A stretch of 64,000 nt of DNA from Chitinispirillales bacterium (GCA_031281485.1 JAITFI010000101.1:2373-66372), one strand, 5' to 3'; counted from the first letter of the stretch, positions 25,773 to 35,841 are shown. Numbers and translations: made by a program. Notes: generated from the letters alone by a model not told the origin.

Positions 25773-26132
25773 ATGGCGAAGAAGAAGCCTATACAAGAAG
25801 CCGTGCAAGCGGAAGCCGTAAAACTTGAACGCTCAAAATTGAGCGAAACCTCTCCTGAGCCTAATTTGGCAAGCGGTGACGGAAAACGTGAACGGTCAAA
25901 AGTGACCGAAACTGGTAGTGGCCAAGACCGTTTCCCAAATTTGGGAAGCACTTTTGATGAGTACGTGGACGGCAAGCGCGAGTACGCCGTTGTACGCGAT
26001 TTCGTCAACAAATTCAGCGGCAAGCATTGCCCTATCGGAAGCCGCGTCTTCCTGACGGATGAACGCGCTGCGACCCTGACGGAACTCGGATGCGTCGCGC
26101 TTGTGCCCAGCCGCGTAATTAGGAGGCCGTAG
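25773..26132 (+). CDS. Hypothetical structural-module protein
   Basis: 120 aa from MAKKKPIQ with GAGAGGA SD. Contains two 16-bp palindromic DNA motifs (25830-25845 and 25893-25908). Confidence 0.5.
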   Translation: MAKKKPIQEAVQAEAVKLERSKLSETSPEPNLASGDGKRERSKVTETGSGQDRFPNLGSTFDEYVDGKREYAVVRDFVNKFSGKHCPIGSRVFLTDERAATLTELGCVALVPSRVIRRP

Positions 26133-26477
26133 ATGAACTCGCCTCAAAAATATAAATCACGTTCTACTAACCGCAGACACAGGATAACGGTGGTTAGAAC
26201 GACAAGAACAAATGATCGGGGCGTCGTTAAGACTGTAGATGAAGAAGTTGGTACTTATTGGTCTAGTGTAACGCCGCTAACCGAACAGTTACGGATTCAA
26301 TATCAAACTATGAACGTCAAAGCTACACACGCAATAGGGTTAGACGGCAGGGTAATGGTAGAAGAAAAGGACAAAATTAAGTTTGGCGATAGAGTTTTCG
26401 AGATTCTGACGATAAAAAGGGTCGACGAGTTAGATAGAGACCAAGTTTTAATCACGGAGGAGATCAGACCAAAGTGA
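26133..26477 (+). CDS. Head closure / head-tail adaptor protein
   Basis: 114 aa. RHRITVV...YWSSVTPL....KIKFGDRVFEILTI pattern typical of head-closure proteins. Confidence 0.7.
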   Translation: MNSPQKYKSRSTNRRHRITVVRTTRTNDRGVVKTVDEEVGTYWSSVTPLTEQLRIQYQTMNVKATHAIGLDGRVMVEEKDKIKFGDRVFEILTIKRVDELDRDQVLITEEIRPK

Positions 26478-26857
26478 GCAAGATGTATAATGAGTTCAAA
26501 AGCTATATGAAGGATGTTGAAAAGCAGATCCTGAAAGCGGACATGGCGTTGAGATCCAGGGCCGCCGATGTAGTCATAGCAGAACTCAAGAATATGCTAA
26601 ATAATCCTAGCGGGGATTTGCCTAAGACGGTTACGGGGAACTTGAAAAAGGGTATCGCTAAGAAGAATCAGCAGTATTCGACAATCGTCGGCTTCAAAGC
26701 ACCTGCACATCACGCCGCTTTGGTCGAGTACGGACACGAGATTATCTCTCACGGGAAAAGCACGGGTAAGAGGGCTAAACCGCATCCCTTTTTGAAGCCT
26801 GCGTTTTTGCACAAAGAACGAGAAATCATAAACATCCTTTCGGAGAGCCGTACATGA
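26474..26857 (+). CDS. HK97 gp10-family tail-attachment protein
   Basis: 127 aa. GNLKKGI...FKAPAHHAALVEYGH....AKPHPFLKPAF matches the gp10 family signature. Confidence 0.75.
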   Translation: MSKMYNEFKSYMKDVEKQILKADMALRSRAADVVIAELKNMLNNPSGDLPKTVTGNLKKGIAKKNQQYSTIVGFKAPAHHAALVEYGHEIISHGKSTGKRAKPHPFLKPAFLHKEREIINILSESRT

Positions 26858-27258
26858 TAGAAAGACTGATTATAGACGCTTTGTTGCTGGACGACGAGAT
26901 AAACGAGTACGTGAACGGCAATATCTTTTTGCTCTCGGCCCCTGAGTCCACGCCTACTCCGTATATTTGCATAACTGCTGACGGACGCGCTGACGATTTG
27001 GTGGTCGACACCTTTGACATCGTCATTAGTATCTATGATTCTGACGAAGACAAGAGCATAACTCGTGAAATCAGTGAGAAAATCAGGACGTTGTTGAACT
27101 ATATAATGTTAAACGGCGACAATCACAGCGGCGTAAGGCTGTTTTTCAGGGGCAGAACCTTGAATCGGATGCCGGAGTCGACGTTGTCTCAGATTATAAT
27201 GACGTTCGACGGACGCGGTTTCGACGAAAATAGTGTTAATCATCTAATAAATTCTTAA
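26854..27258 (+). CDS. Tail completion protein (DUF3168-like)
   Basis: 134 aa. IDALLLDDEINEYVNGNIFLLSAPESTPTPYICI pattern. Position before the major tail gene. Confidence 0.55.
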   Translation: MIERLIIDALLLDDEINEYVNGNIFLLSAPESTPTPYICITADGRADDLVVDTFDIVISIYDSDEDKSITREISEKIRTLLNYIMLNGDNHSGVRLFFRGRTLNRMPESTLSQIIMTFDGRGFDENSVNHLINS

Positions 27259-27272
27259 AACGGAGGTTTACA

Positions 27273-27881
27273 ATGGCTCGGAAAACAGGTTTAAATCCGA
27301 AAACCCTGCAGTCGATTATAATGGACGCAGGCGTCGTCTACATTAACTACGGATCCACAGATCCGCTGAAGCCCCAGCGTAAGCTCGGAGCTACACGCGG
27401 AGGCAGTTCATTTAAATTGACTTCGACTACCCACGACATGGCTGTAGACGGCATTACAGGCATCGCCCGTGGCGCTAGACGATTCCTCGGCATAACAGCG
27501 GAGATGACCTGCAACATGGTGGAGATTTCAAAGGAGCTGTTGCAGATGGCTCTCCCCGGCTCCACATACGGCGCACCTATTCCCGCTACGGACGAGGAGG
27601 GCGTAACTATCACGGGCGAGAACCACTACATGATTCAGCGCAAACTTACGGCTACAATACCTGAGATTGATTACCACGACATAGCGATAGTCGCCGAGGT
27701 GTCGAACACGAAGGCTCCCGTCGTCTGCGGACTCAAGAATACGATCAGCGACGGCGGCTTGGAACTTTCTTTCCAAGACGGCGATGAGAGCGTACTTGCG
27801 CTTACGCTGACGGGAACGGTTGACCCCTTTGATCCTGATACAGAAGGCTGGTTTATCCTCTACCCTGAGAAGTCGGTTTAA
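27273..27881 (+). CDS. Major tail protein
   Basis: 202 aa with a good SD. Assigned by position between the completion protein and the chaperones. Confidence 0.6.
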   Translation: MARKTGLNPKTLQSIIMDAGVVYINYGSTDPLKPQRKLGATRGGSSFKLTSTTHDMAVDGITGIARGARRFLGITAEMTCNMVEISKELLQMALPGSTYGAPIPATDEEGVTITGENHYMIQRKLTATIPEIDYHDIAIVAEVSNTKAPVVCGLKNTISDGGLELSFQDGDESVLALTLTGTVDPFDPDTEGWFILYPEKSV

Positions 27882-27890
27882 GGAGCCGCT

Positions 27891-28280
27891 ATGAAACTAA
27901 GACCCTACAATGGCTCGGATGTGTTTACCTTCGTAGATCTGCTTTCCTCCGTAGCGGGGACGGCAGGTCAGCAGTTAAAGAACCTGCTGATGGTAGGGGG
28001 CGGCCCTGACATCTCGGAGGCTGAGGCAAAGGAACGCGGGGTTGAGTTCGTCCTTGTCGTCCTGAATAAGTCTTATTCGGGGGCGAAAGACCAACTCATA
28101 AAGTGGTTTGCCTCTTTGACGGAGATGACGGTCGATGAGTTCCTAGCCGCACCGCCTGAAACGGTTCTCGACGTGATGGATGAACTCATTTCAAGGCCTG
28201 AGTCCGTAAGTTTTTTCAAACGTGCTGTTGCGCTGTTCAGCAAAACCCTGTCTTCATCGCGTATTATAATACGACTATAA
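27891..28280 (+). CDS. Tail assembly chaperone (G-like)
   Basis: 129 aa, immediately upstream of the tape measure. Contains the slippery heptamer near its 3' end. Confidence 0.7.
   Translation: MKLRPYNGSDVFTFVDLLSSVAGTAGQQLKNLLMVGGGPDISEAEAKERGVEFVLVVLNKSYSGAKDQLIKWFASLTEMTVDEFLAAPPETVLDVMDELISRPESVSFFKRAVALFSKTLSSSRIIIRL
28211..28217 (+). other. Programmed -1 ribosomal frameshift slippery site T_TTT_TTC
   Basis: In the zero frame it reads agT TTT TTC. The -1 frame opens at 28202 and stays open to 28582, in the frame of ORF 28286-28582. Confidence 0.7.
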
Positions 28281-28285
28281 ACAGC

Positions 28286-28582
28286 GTGTTGGTAAATTGG
28301 AGGCTGACTCCGTCTCAGATGGGTCAGCTTCCCTTTGCAGAGATTATGACGATGGCAAAGGCGTATGCTGACCAAGAACGTCGGAAGAACGAGACCCTGC
28401 GTATCAATGCGGCTCACACGGCATGGCTGTTGGGAGCCGACTCAGGGACGACGTTCGGCAAGTTCTTGGAAAAATGGGGCGTCGTTGAAAAGAAGTCTGA
28501 CAGCGGTAAAATAGATACGAAAGCCTTGTACGCCAAGGCTGATCGTCTTACCGAACAATTACGGCAAAAAGGATTGATATAA
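28286..28582 (+). CDS. Tail chaperone T-like extension (expressed as a G-T fusion by -1 frameshift)
   Basis: In the -1 frame relative to 27891-28280. No independent SD. It ends at the tape-measure ATG. Confidence 0.6.
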   Translation: MLVNWRLTPSQMGQLPFAEIMTMAKAYADQERRKNETLRINAAHTAWLLGADSGTTFGKFLEKWGVVEKKSDSGKIDTKALYAKADRLTEQLRQKGLI

Positions 28583-31420
28583 ATGGCGGCTACAGTTTTT
28601 AGTCTGATCGGTAGAATATCGATGCAGGGTATCTCCTCATCTTTGAAAGAAGTCGAGGGGTTGGAAGGCTCCGTCAAGAAGCTGTCCAAAGAGGTCGGCA
28701 AATTAGGCACGAACCTCTCGAAGGCGGGTTCCTTCCTCACCAAGAACCTGACCTTGCCTCTTGCCGCCGCAGGTGCCGCTATCGGTGCCCTTGCCCTAAA
28801 GACGGGTAACTACGCCTCCGAACTCTCCACGTTGCACCAAGAAACGGGTCTCTCAAAGGACGCCTTACAGGAGTTCGCGCATGTCGCCAAACAAGCTGGC
28901 GGGGACGCTAACACCCTCTTCGCAAGCGTCACGGCGTTACAGAATAAGCTGCCTGAAATCACCAAGGGAAGCGGCGAAGCCGCGAAAGCTCTTGACACGT
29001 TGGGGATAAATGTAACGAACGCAGACGGCACGTTCAGGGACATGAACGAACTCTTCCCCGAAGTCATCAAGAAGTTACAAGGGGTCAGCGACGTTACGCA
29101 GAGAAATATACTCGCGAGCGAGATATTCGGCAAGCGTAGTAAGGAACTTGCAAGTATTATGGGCCTGGGTGCTGGCGAGATGGATAAGTTGCGTAAGGAG
29201 GCGCATGACCTCGGATTAGTTATGGGGAGTGACGGACTGCAAGCGGCTGAGAATTTCAAAGCGGGCGTAGAGAAGCTGAAAGAACAAATCTCAGCAGTCG
29301 GGCTTGAAATCGGGACAAAAGTTATTCCGATACTAAACGAAACATTCATCCCGCTCCTACAGTCGACCCTGATACCCGCCTTAAAGTTAGGTGCGGACGC
29401 CGTAGGCGGCCTTGCTAAAGCCTTCTCTGTCCTGCCTCACGAACTACAAACTGTAACTCTCGGCTTAGGAAGTATCGTAACCGCTTTAGGGCCGATTGTC
29501 CTTGGAATAGGCTCTCTGTCGGGGGTTGTGTCCAAAGCGATCCCCGTCCTTGCAGGGTTGGCTACCACGATGGGAGCGGCTAGCGCAGGGGCTACGGGCC
29601 TAGGGGCCGCCCTTATGGGGTTGGTCACTGGAGTCGCATTGCCTCTCGCCGCTCTTGCAAGTGTGGCTTGGGCCGTAACAACCGTCTATAACGAGTTCGC
29701 CACGCTGAAGCGCCTGAAAGAAGAGGCAGAAAAGAGTAACGCTGAAGTAAAGCAAATGCAGGATCTCGTAGGCGTTAGCGTCGCCGCCAAGAAAGCCGTC
29801 GAAGAGTACGAGAAGTTGGGGGCCGCAGGTGATAAGGCGTTCGATCCTAAGAAAATGGAAGAGTTGAAACTGAAGCACGAAGACGCCGTCATAGCCGCCA
29901 AGAACTACAACATGGAGTTGCAAAAGGGCCGGAAGCTGACCGAAGAAGAAATCACTGCTACCCGCAACAAATTACGCGGCATAAAGGAAGTCTCCGCAGA
30001 GGAGAAGAGACAAACCGAGTATGCGATAGCGCAGGCGAAACAAAAGGCCGAAGAGGAAGCGAAACTCGCCAAGCAGAGGGCTAAGGAAGCCGCCGAAGCG
30101 AATAAGAGACGGATCGCAGAGCTTGACGCCCTTGTAAAAGACCACGCCGAAAAATACTTGCGGATGGGCAAGGACGCTGAATGGTTGAATCGGCGTGAGG
30201 AAGAACTTGAAGTTGCTAAAGCGATGAAGTTGAAAGCGTCTACGGAAGACATAGCCAAAATTAGACAATACTATGACGCCGAAAGTGTACGGATAGCCAA
30301 AGAAGCCGCCGATAAGGTAGCGGAACAGCAAAAGAAGGTTGCCGAGGCCAACGAACAGAACTACTCCAAGTACGTCGGCAAGCGGCTTGAGATGCTCGGA
30401 ATCGAGCAGACCGCCGTCGAGACTAAGTACGCGGCTGAAGTCGACGCGACGAAGAACTCGACAATGTCTCAAATAGCGATCCATGAGAAGTATGCCGAAC
30501 AGAGGATCGACATCGGCAGGAAGATGCTGACCCAGCAGACGAAACTGCTCGATTTGGAATACGACGCGGCGATTAAAGCCGCCGAAAAGGAGGGCGCTGA
30601 CGTAGCTCCTATCCGCGAAGCCTACGCCCTCGAATGGCAGAGGATAACGCAGGCGTCTGCGGAAATGGAGTTGCGTATTCAGAAGGAACTGACGGCTAAG
30701 ATAGCGGAAGAGACCCAAAGACGTGTCGGTATAACTCAAAGATGGGTAGATACTATCGTCTCCGTGGTATCTTCTGTTACGAGCAAAATAAATGCTATCT
30801 ACAATCAGGCCTATCGTAACCGAGAGATGAATCTAGACCGTTATTATAAAGAGGAAAAAAAGCGGATAGAGACCGCCGCAAAGAATCAAATCATCACAGA
30901 GGAACAGAAGAACTCACAACTTGAGGCTCTCGATGAAGAAATGGACGCCAAGAAGTTGGCCCTCCAGCGAAAACAAGCTAAGACCCAAAAAGCGATGTCG
31001 ATATTTTCTATAATATCAGACACAGCTTCAGGCGTTATGCGTGCGATCAAAGATTTCGGGGTGGTCGTAGGCGGCATTATGGCTGGCGTCGTTACGGCGT
31101 TGGGTGCCACGCAACTCGCTTTGGTGGCCTCTCAGCCTGAACCTTTCGCCGCTGGCGGTCTCGTGAAAGGAAGCGCCGCAGGAATTCACGCGCAAGTCGG
31201 CGAGCGTAACCAAGACGAGCTTATCATGCCATTGGATAAGGGTGTGGAAATGCTCGCGGATAAACTCGACTCGCGTGGCGGCGGCGAGACTCGTAATTAC
31301 CAAATCGATGTCCACGTCGGAACGATGATAGCCGACGAACTTAGCGTAAAGAAGTTTGGTAGGAAGATAAGGGAAGTTATAATCTCCGAAGACCGCAGAA
31401 CGGGGGTGGCGTATGCCTGA
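28583..31420 (+). CDS. Tail tape measure protein
   Basis: 945 aa. N-terminal tape-measure domain pattern, hydrophobic Gly/Ala-rich segment and a long coiled-coil. Confidence 0.9.
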   Translation: MAATVFSLIGRISMQGISSSLKEVEGLEGSVKKLSKEVGKLGTNLSKAGSFLTKNLTLPLAAAGAAIGALALKTGNYASELSTLHQETGLSKDALQEFAHVAKQAGGDANTLFASVTALQNKLPEITKGSGEAAKALDTLGINVTNADGTFRDMNELFPEVIKKLQGVSDVTQRNILASEIFGKRSKELASIMGLGAGEMDKLRKEAHDLGLVMGSDGLQAAENFKAGVEKLKEQISAVGLEIGTKVIPILNETFIPLLQSTLIPALKLGADAVGGLAKAFSVLPHELQTVTLGLGSIVTALGPIVLGIGSLSGVVSKAIPVLAGLATTMGAASAGATGLGAALMGLVTGVALPLAALASVAWAVTTVYNEFATLKRLKEEAEKSNAEVKQMQDLVGVSVAAKKAVEEYEKLGAAGDKAFDPKKMEELKLKHEDAVIAAKNYNMELQKGRKLTEEEITATRNKLRGIKEVSAEEKRQTEYAIAQAKQKAEEEAKLAKQRAKEAAEANKRRIAELDALVKDHAEKYLRMGKDAEWLNRREEELEVAKAMKLKASTEDIAKIRQYYDAESVRIAKEAADKVAEQQKKVAEANEQNYSKYVGKRLEMLGIEQTAVETKYAAEVDATKNSTMSQIAIHEKYAEQRIDIGRKMLTQQTKLLDLEYDAAIKAAEKEGADVAPIREAYALEWQRITQASAEMELRIQKELTAKIAEETQRRVGITQRWVDTIVSVVSSVTSKINAIYNQAYRNREMNLDRYYKEEKKRIETAAKNQIITEEQKNSQLEALDEEMDAKKLALQRKQAKTQKAMSIFSIISDTASGVMRAIKDFGVVVGGIMAGVVTALGATQLALVASQPEPFAAGGLVKGSAAGIHAQVGERNQDELIMPLDKGVEMLADKLDSRGGGETRNYQIDVHVGTMIADELSVKKFGRKIREVIISEDRRTGVAYA

Positions 31421-31796
31421 TTTCAATAGGATAACCGTGATAACAAACAGCGGGCTTGTGTATGACTTATCTCCGTTCGGACGCGCTTTCAGCGAGAGTT
31501 CGGAACTTCTAACGAGGGAAGATAGGGCGGCTTCGGGTAAACTAAGACGTGATATAATCGCCGAAAAGATGACGTTCTCTTTGGTCTACGACAACATCGA
31601 TACGATAGCCTTAGAGCAATTCGAGTCTATCTTCTCCTCGCATAAGGACGAAGTTCTGACATTGGAAATCGTCCGCAGGGACAGTGTCGGCGTAGATAAA
31701 GTCACCCGATATAGCGTGTTGATGCGTCCGTTCGCCCGTAAGAGAGGGGCCAAAGGCCTTTGGCAGGGCGTCACAGTCGAGTTCGTAGAGGTCTAA
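31413..31796 (+). CDS. Minor tail protein
   Basis: 127 aa, overlapping the tape-measure stop. Assigned by position. Confidence 0.5.
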   Translation: MPDFNRITVITNSGLVYDLSPFGRAFSESSELLTREDRAASGKLRRDIIAEKMTFSLVYDNIDTIALEQFESIFSSHKDEVLTLEIVRRDSVGVDKVTRYSVLMRPFARKRGAKGLWQGVTVEFVEV

Positions 31797-31812
31797 AGGG
31801 GGACAACCGAAT

Positions 31813-33729
31813 ATGGCCATTCAGCAGATCTCTCCGGCGATTATCCAGCAGCTGAAGACGGCCTCTCAGCAGACCGTTCGGAAGCCTACGGCGACCCTCG
31901 GCGTCGTTTGGGCAGACGTATCCGCTGAAAACACAATCGTCTCCACGGGAACGCCGACCAACAGAGCGTCCATAACTGAGCAGGTGAACCACGGGCTTGG
32001 GTATCAGAAGTATTGGGCTTACTGCGAGACGGATGATCCCTCCGTCCGATGCGCACGTTTGGACAGCTGTTACGCGATGCCTGACGTCATACCGAATGTC
32101 CCGTACAACGGTACATGGCTTGTCGGATGGTGGGGCGACGGGACGTCTATATCAGACCCTGACGGTTATTTCGCTACGCCGCCTACGCTCATAATAAAAT
32201 TATATCAGGTGCCCTTTTCAAGTTACGAGATCAAAGGCTTCATAGGGGAAGAATATCCTGTCGATTGGGACTTGTTGTTGACGCATAACGGCCAAGTCTA
32301 CACGGAATCAGTGCGCGGGAACGCAAGCGCGAATTTCGCAGGGACGTTGTCAATCGGCGAGCTTAAAGACGTCAGCCAAATCGAGTTGAGAATCCTGAAG
32401 TGGTCGCACAGAGGGGCGTTTGTGAAAATTACGGCATTCCTCGCCAATTTCGACAGCAAATACGAGGACGACGACATCGTCTCGCTGTCGGTGCTGGAGG
32501 AGACGGACGGAGCGACGGGGACACTGCCTATCGGCAACATTAGCGCGAACGAATTGACTGTGACGTTGCAGAACATCGACGATAAGTATTTCTTCGGGAA
32601 CACCTCGTCCGTATTGTCGAATTCCGCGAGGACGAACAGACGCATCGAGCCGTTTATCGGATTCGACGGCACGGTCATTCCGAAAGGCGTATTTTGGTCG
32701 TCCGATTGGAGCATAGCGGATCAGGGGACGACAGCCTCGACTACTGCGTTGGACAGGCTCGGTCTCTTGCAGGACATCCAATACAACGGATTAGGCAACA
32801 TCAACGATCCGACAGCGGACGCCGAACGGACATATTGGGTAAATCAGAGTCTGTATAAAGTGGCTTCCGACGTTCTGACGGACTTGAGAAACTCTTACAT
32901 GGCCGACCTTGAGTTTCAGCTGGACGACAGCTTGAAAGACGTGATAATCCCGATAGCGTTCTTCAAGTCTCAAAGCTACTTCGACGTCATCCGCGTCATA
33001 GCCCAAGCCGCCTGTTCTTTCGCGTATATGGATACACCGACAGAAGAGGAAATCAATGACGCGAACGCAAGGGGGAATCTAAGGTGCGCCGATATGTTAC
33101 GTATAAGGCCGCTAGAGCAGTTTATCAACGGAGACGTTTCGGAAGAAGACGCGGAGGAGCTTACGCAGGACGATTACATAGACAAAAACACGTCCGCTAA
33201 ACGTAGCGACGTCGTAAACGTCGTTACTGTCGGTTATACGGAATATGAGATCGACGCGAAATCAGGAAAGCCTGCGGAGGTTAAGGACGGCGAGGACGAT
33301 GTAAGCCCGTCGAAAGCCTTCACAATACAGTCGGAAGACTCCATTTTGGAGTTCGGGAAGATAAAGCATGAGTACAAGGATAACAACTTGATTCAGACCC
33401 TCGGTCAGGCGAAGGACATCGCGGGGAGAGTGCTGGCGGCCTTCAGCAGGACTCCGTATGTCGCTGAAATAGCGGCGTTCGGGGACGTTACAAGACGGGT
33501 CGGCGATATTCTGCTGGTGCCTGAGTATCAGAAACACGGCATAGATCAGCGGGGCTATTACTCTGTTACGAGGATAAACACGGAATTCGACGGCGGTCTG
33601 CGGCAGTCTGTGACGTGCAGGAAAGTGAAAGACGCCGCAAATTACTTGATAGACGAACATACGAATAATCCGCAGTATCTAATCATTGAAGCTAATGTAC
33701 GCGGTATAATAGACGAAAGGGGAAGATAA
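31813..33729 (+). CDS. Tail tip / baseplate hub-like protein
   Basis: 638 aa, between the minor tail protein and the fiber. Assigned by position and size only. Confidence 0.5.
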   Translation: MAIQQISPAIIQQLKTASQQTVRKPTATLGVVWADVSAENTIVSTGTPTNRASITEQVNHGLGYQKYWAYCETDDPSVRCARLDSCYAMPDVIPNVPYNGTWLVGWWGDGTSISDPDGYFATPPTLIIKLYQVPFSSYEIKGFIGEEYPVDWDLLLTHNGQVYTESVRGNASANFAGTLSIGELKDVSQIELRILKWSHRGAFVKITAFLANFDSKYEDDDIVSLSVLEETDGATGTLPIGNISANELTVTLQNIDDKYFFGNTSSVLSNSARTNRRIEPFIGFDGTVIPKGVFWSSDWSIADQGTTASTTALDRLGLLQDIQYNGLGNINDPTADAERTYWVNQSLYKVASDVLTDLRNSYMADLEFQLDDSLKDVIIPIAFFKSQSYFDVIRVIAQAACSFAYMDTPTEEEINDANARGNLRCADMLRIRPLEQFINGDVSEEDAEELTQDDYIDKNTSAKRSDVVNVVTVGYTEYEIDAKSGKPAEVKDGEDDVSPSKAFTIQSEDSILEFGKIKHEYKDNNLIQTLGQAKDIAGRVLAAFSRTPYVAEIAAFGDVTRRVGDILLVPEYQKHGIDQRGYYSVTRINTEFDGGLRQSVTCRKVKDAANYLIDEHTNNPQYLIIEANVRGIIDERGR

Positions 33730-35841
33730 ATGGAAACACAGTACGCTAAAGTTTTGAGAGACGCCGACTTGGAGAAAAACTTCGTCGGCGAGAGGCTTAT
33801 GCCTCGGCAGTTCGGGTATGCGTCCGATACCAACGCCCTTGCTATAAGGGATGCGGACGGCGTTTATCATTTCATCCGTAACTATGACGACGCCGATATA
33901 AGGAAACTGATAGACGCCATAGAAAGCGGCGACGGCGGTTCTCTAGCCGCCCATATCGCTAACATGACCGTCCATATTACGAATACCGAACGACAGACGT
34001 GGGACGCAAAACAGGACGCCCTAATCGCAGGGAACAATATACAGATTGCTAATGACGGCAAGACGATAAGCGCGGCAGGAGGGGCGTCCGTCGCTAACCT
34101 CAGCGGCCAGCCGACTGCGGCGTTCGGTCAGTCTGCGGCTGACGGCTCGGCTTCGACGGCGGCGAGAAGCGACCATTATCACGCCTTGCCAGCGGCTCCG
34201 TCTGTACCGACAGGGGCGAACTTGTCACAGCAGGCATGGGCTTACGGCCAGTCGGAAAGGGACGGGTCAGCGGCTACCTTTGCGAGGTCAGACCACTATC
34301 ATCGGTTGCCGCCTGTAGACCACACGCTTCTTTCAGGGGAGTGTACGACTGCGGCTGGGACGGCCCTTAAACAAGTCAGCATCAACAACTACATACAAAC
34401 TAACGGCTCTATTGTCTGCGTCACGTTCACCAACGCCAACACTGCGGCTAATCCTAGGCTAAAGGTCAATCAGATGTCGGATTATGACATGCAATACAAC
34501 GGAACCGCCGTTCAGAGCGGGCAGCTCGGCGTCGGCATTCTCCACATCTTCGTATTAGACACTTCCGTCAACGGAGCTTGGCGTCTGCTTAATCCTGTGG
34601 TGTCGCAAGGCGGCGGAGGGAGCGGTGCCAGCGTCGCCAACCTCAGCGGTCAGGGGACTCCTGCGTTCGGTCAGTTGGCGGCAAACGGGTCGGCGGCTAC
34701 AGCCGCACGGTCAGACCACGTCCACGCATTGCCTGATCTCTCCTTCAATAACCTGTTACCCGCTTACGGATATTGTTCTACAGGCTCTTCGACAGCCGCT
34801 AAGACAGTCAGCATTCCAGGGTTTGTTCTAAGAGTCGGCAGTCTTGTCGGAGTCGATTTTTCGGCTGCCCCTGATAATGAGGCGGCGGGCGCCTACCCCA
34901 CCCTGAATGTTAATTCTACAGGAGCGAAACCAGTGTACTACGGCGGCCACATCGAGGCGGGGCGGGTTTTAACAGGTATGATTCTCGACGGTGTCACCCA
35001 CATCTTCATGTACGACGGCACCTACTGGAATTTGCTTAATCCAGCACAACACACAAACGCTATCAATACCGCACAGCTTCTCAAGCTCTGTAATACGGCA
35101 GCAGGGACTGCGGGTAAAGTAGTTCAGAATAATGAGTTTAGGATACAGAACGGTTCTATCGTCGGCGTTATATTTACGTATGCCAATACTGCCGCCAACC
35201 CTACCCTAAATGTTAATTCTACAGGAGCGAAACCAATATTCTACAATGGGGCGGCTATAGCACCTAACATGATCAGCAACACACATGCACACCTCTTCTT
35301 GTACGATAACTGCTCCAGTGTCTCCGGTAACTACGGCGTTTGGCATCTGCTGAATCCTACCAACGTCAGAGGCGAAGGCGGGAGCTATCTCCCTCTCGCG
35401 GGCGGCACTATGACAGGGCCTATAGCGTTCAGCGACCAAAACGCGGCGCACGTATCTACAAGTTTCAACGTAGCTGGAATCACCAGCATAGATACAAACG
35501 CATACGGCGGTTCCGCTCTCGCTGTAAACAACGCTAACCCTTCCTTGGGAGTCGGCGCGGCAATCATAGGGCCGCAATACGGCATACAAAGCCAAGGGCG
35601 TGTCGGTGCGCGTGTCAACGGCACGTCGGGGGTAGCCGTGGAATTAGGGGGCGGGATTGTGTTTGATGACAATACGGGGAAGAAGTGGAGGATATGGGTG
35701 GACGGTCTTCAGGGCGCAGGAAACCAGGATGCGTCGCAGTTGCGTTTTGACGAATTTTATGACGGCAACTGGAGAACTAGAATGCGTTTATATATGTCGG
35801 CGTCAAGTATTGATGCGGGGAATATGTCGCAAGCAGGTTAA
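33730..35841 (+). CDS. Tail fiber / receptor-binding protein 2
   Basis: 703 aa. Three copies of an ANLSGQ..AFGQ..A.GS..TAARSDH.HALP motif and three copies of the ~85-aa module shared with 20494-21573. Confidence 0.7.
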   Translation: METQYAKVLRDADLEKNFVGERLMPRQFGYASDTNALAIRDADGVYHFIRNYDDADIRKLIDAIESGDGGSLAAHIANMTVHITNTERQTWDAKQDALIAGNNIQIANDGKTISAAGGASVANLSGQPTAAFGQSAADGSASTAARSDHYHALPAAPSVPTGANLSQQAWAYGQSERDGSAATFARSDHYHRLPPVDHTLLSGECTTAAGTALKQVSINNYIQTNGSIVCVTFTNANTAANPRLKVNQMSDYDMQYNGTAVQSGQLGVGILHIFVLDTSVNGAWRLLNPVVSQGGGGSGASVANLSGQGTPAFGQLAANGSAATAARSDHVHALPDLSFNNLLPAYGYCSTGSSTAAKTVSIPGFVLRVGSLVGVDFSAAPDNEAAGAYPTLNVNSTGAKPVYYGGHIEAGRVLTGMILDGVTHIFMYDGTYWNLLNPAQHTNAINTAQLLKLCNTAAGTAGKVVQNNEFRIQNGSIVGVIFTYANTAANPTLNVNSTGAKPIFYNGAAIAPNMISNTHAHLFLYDNCSSVSGNYGVWHLLNPTNVRGEGGSYLPLAGGTMTGPIAFSDQNAAHVSTSFNVAGITSIDTNAYGGSALAVNNANPSLGVGAAIIGPQYGIQSQGRVGARVNGTSGVAVELGGGIVFDDNTGKKWRIWVDGLQGAGNQDASQLRFDEFYDGNWRTRMRLYMSASSIDAGNMSQAG

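Noticed and set aside
20494-35841. Diversity-generating retroelement acting on the repeated fibre modules
   Set aside because: No reverse transcriptase gene exists in the prophage or the window, and the repeat copies differ at all base types rather than only at adenines.
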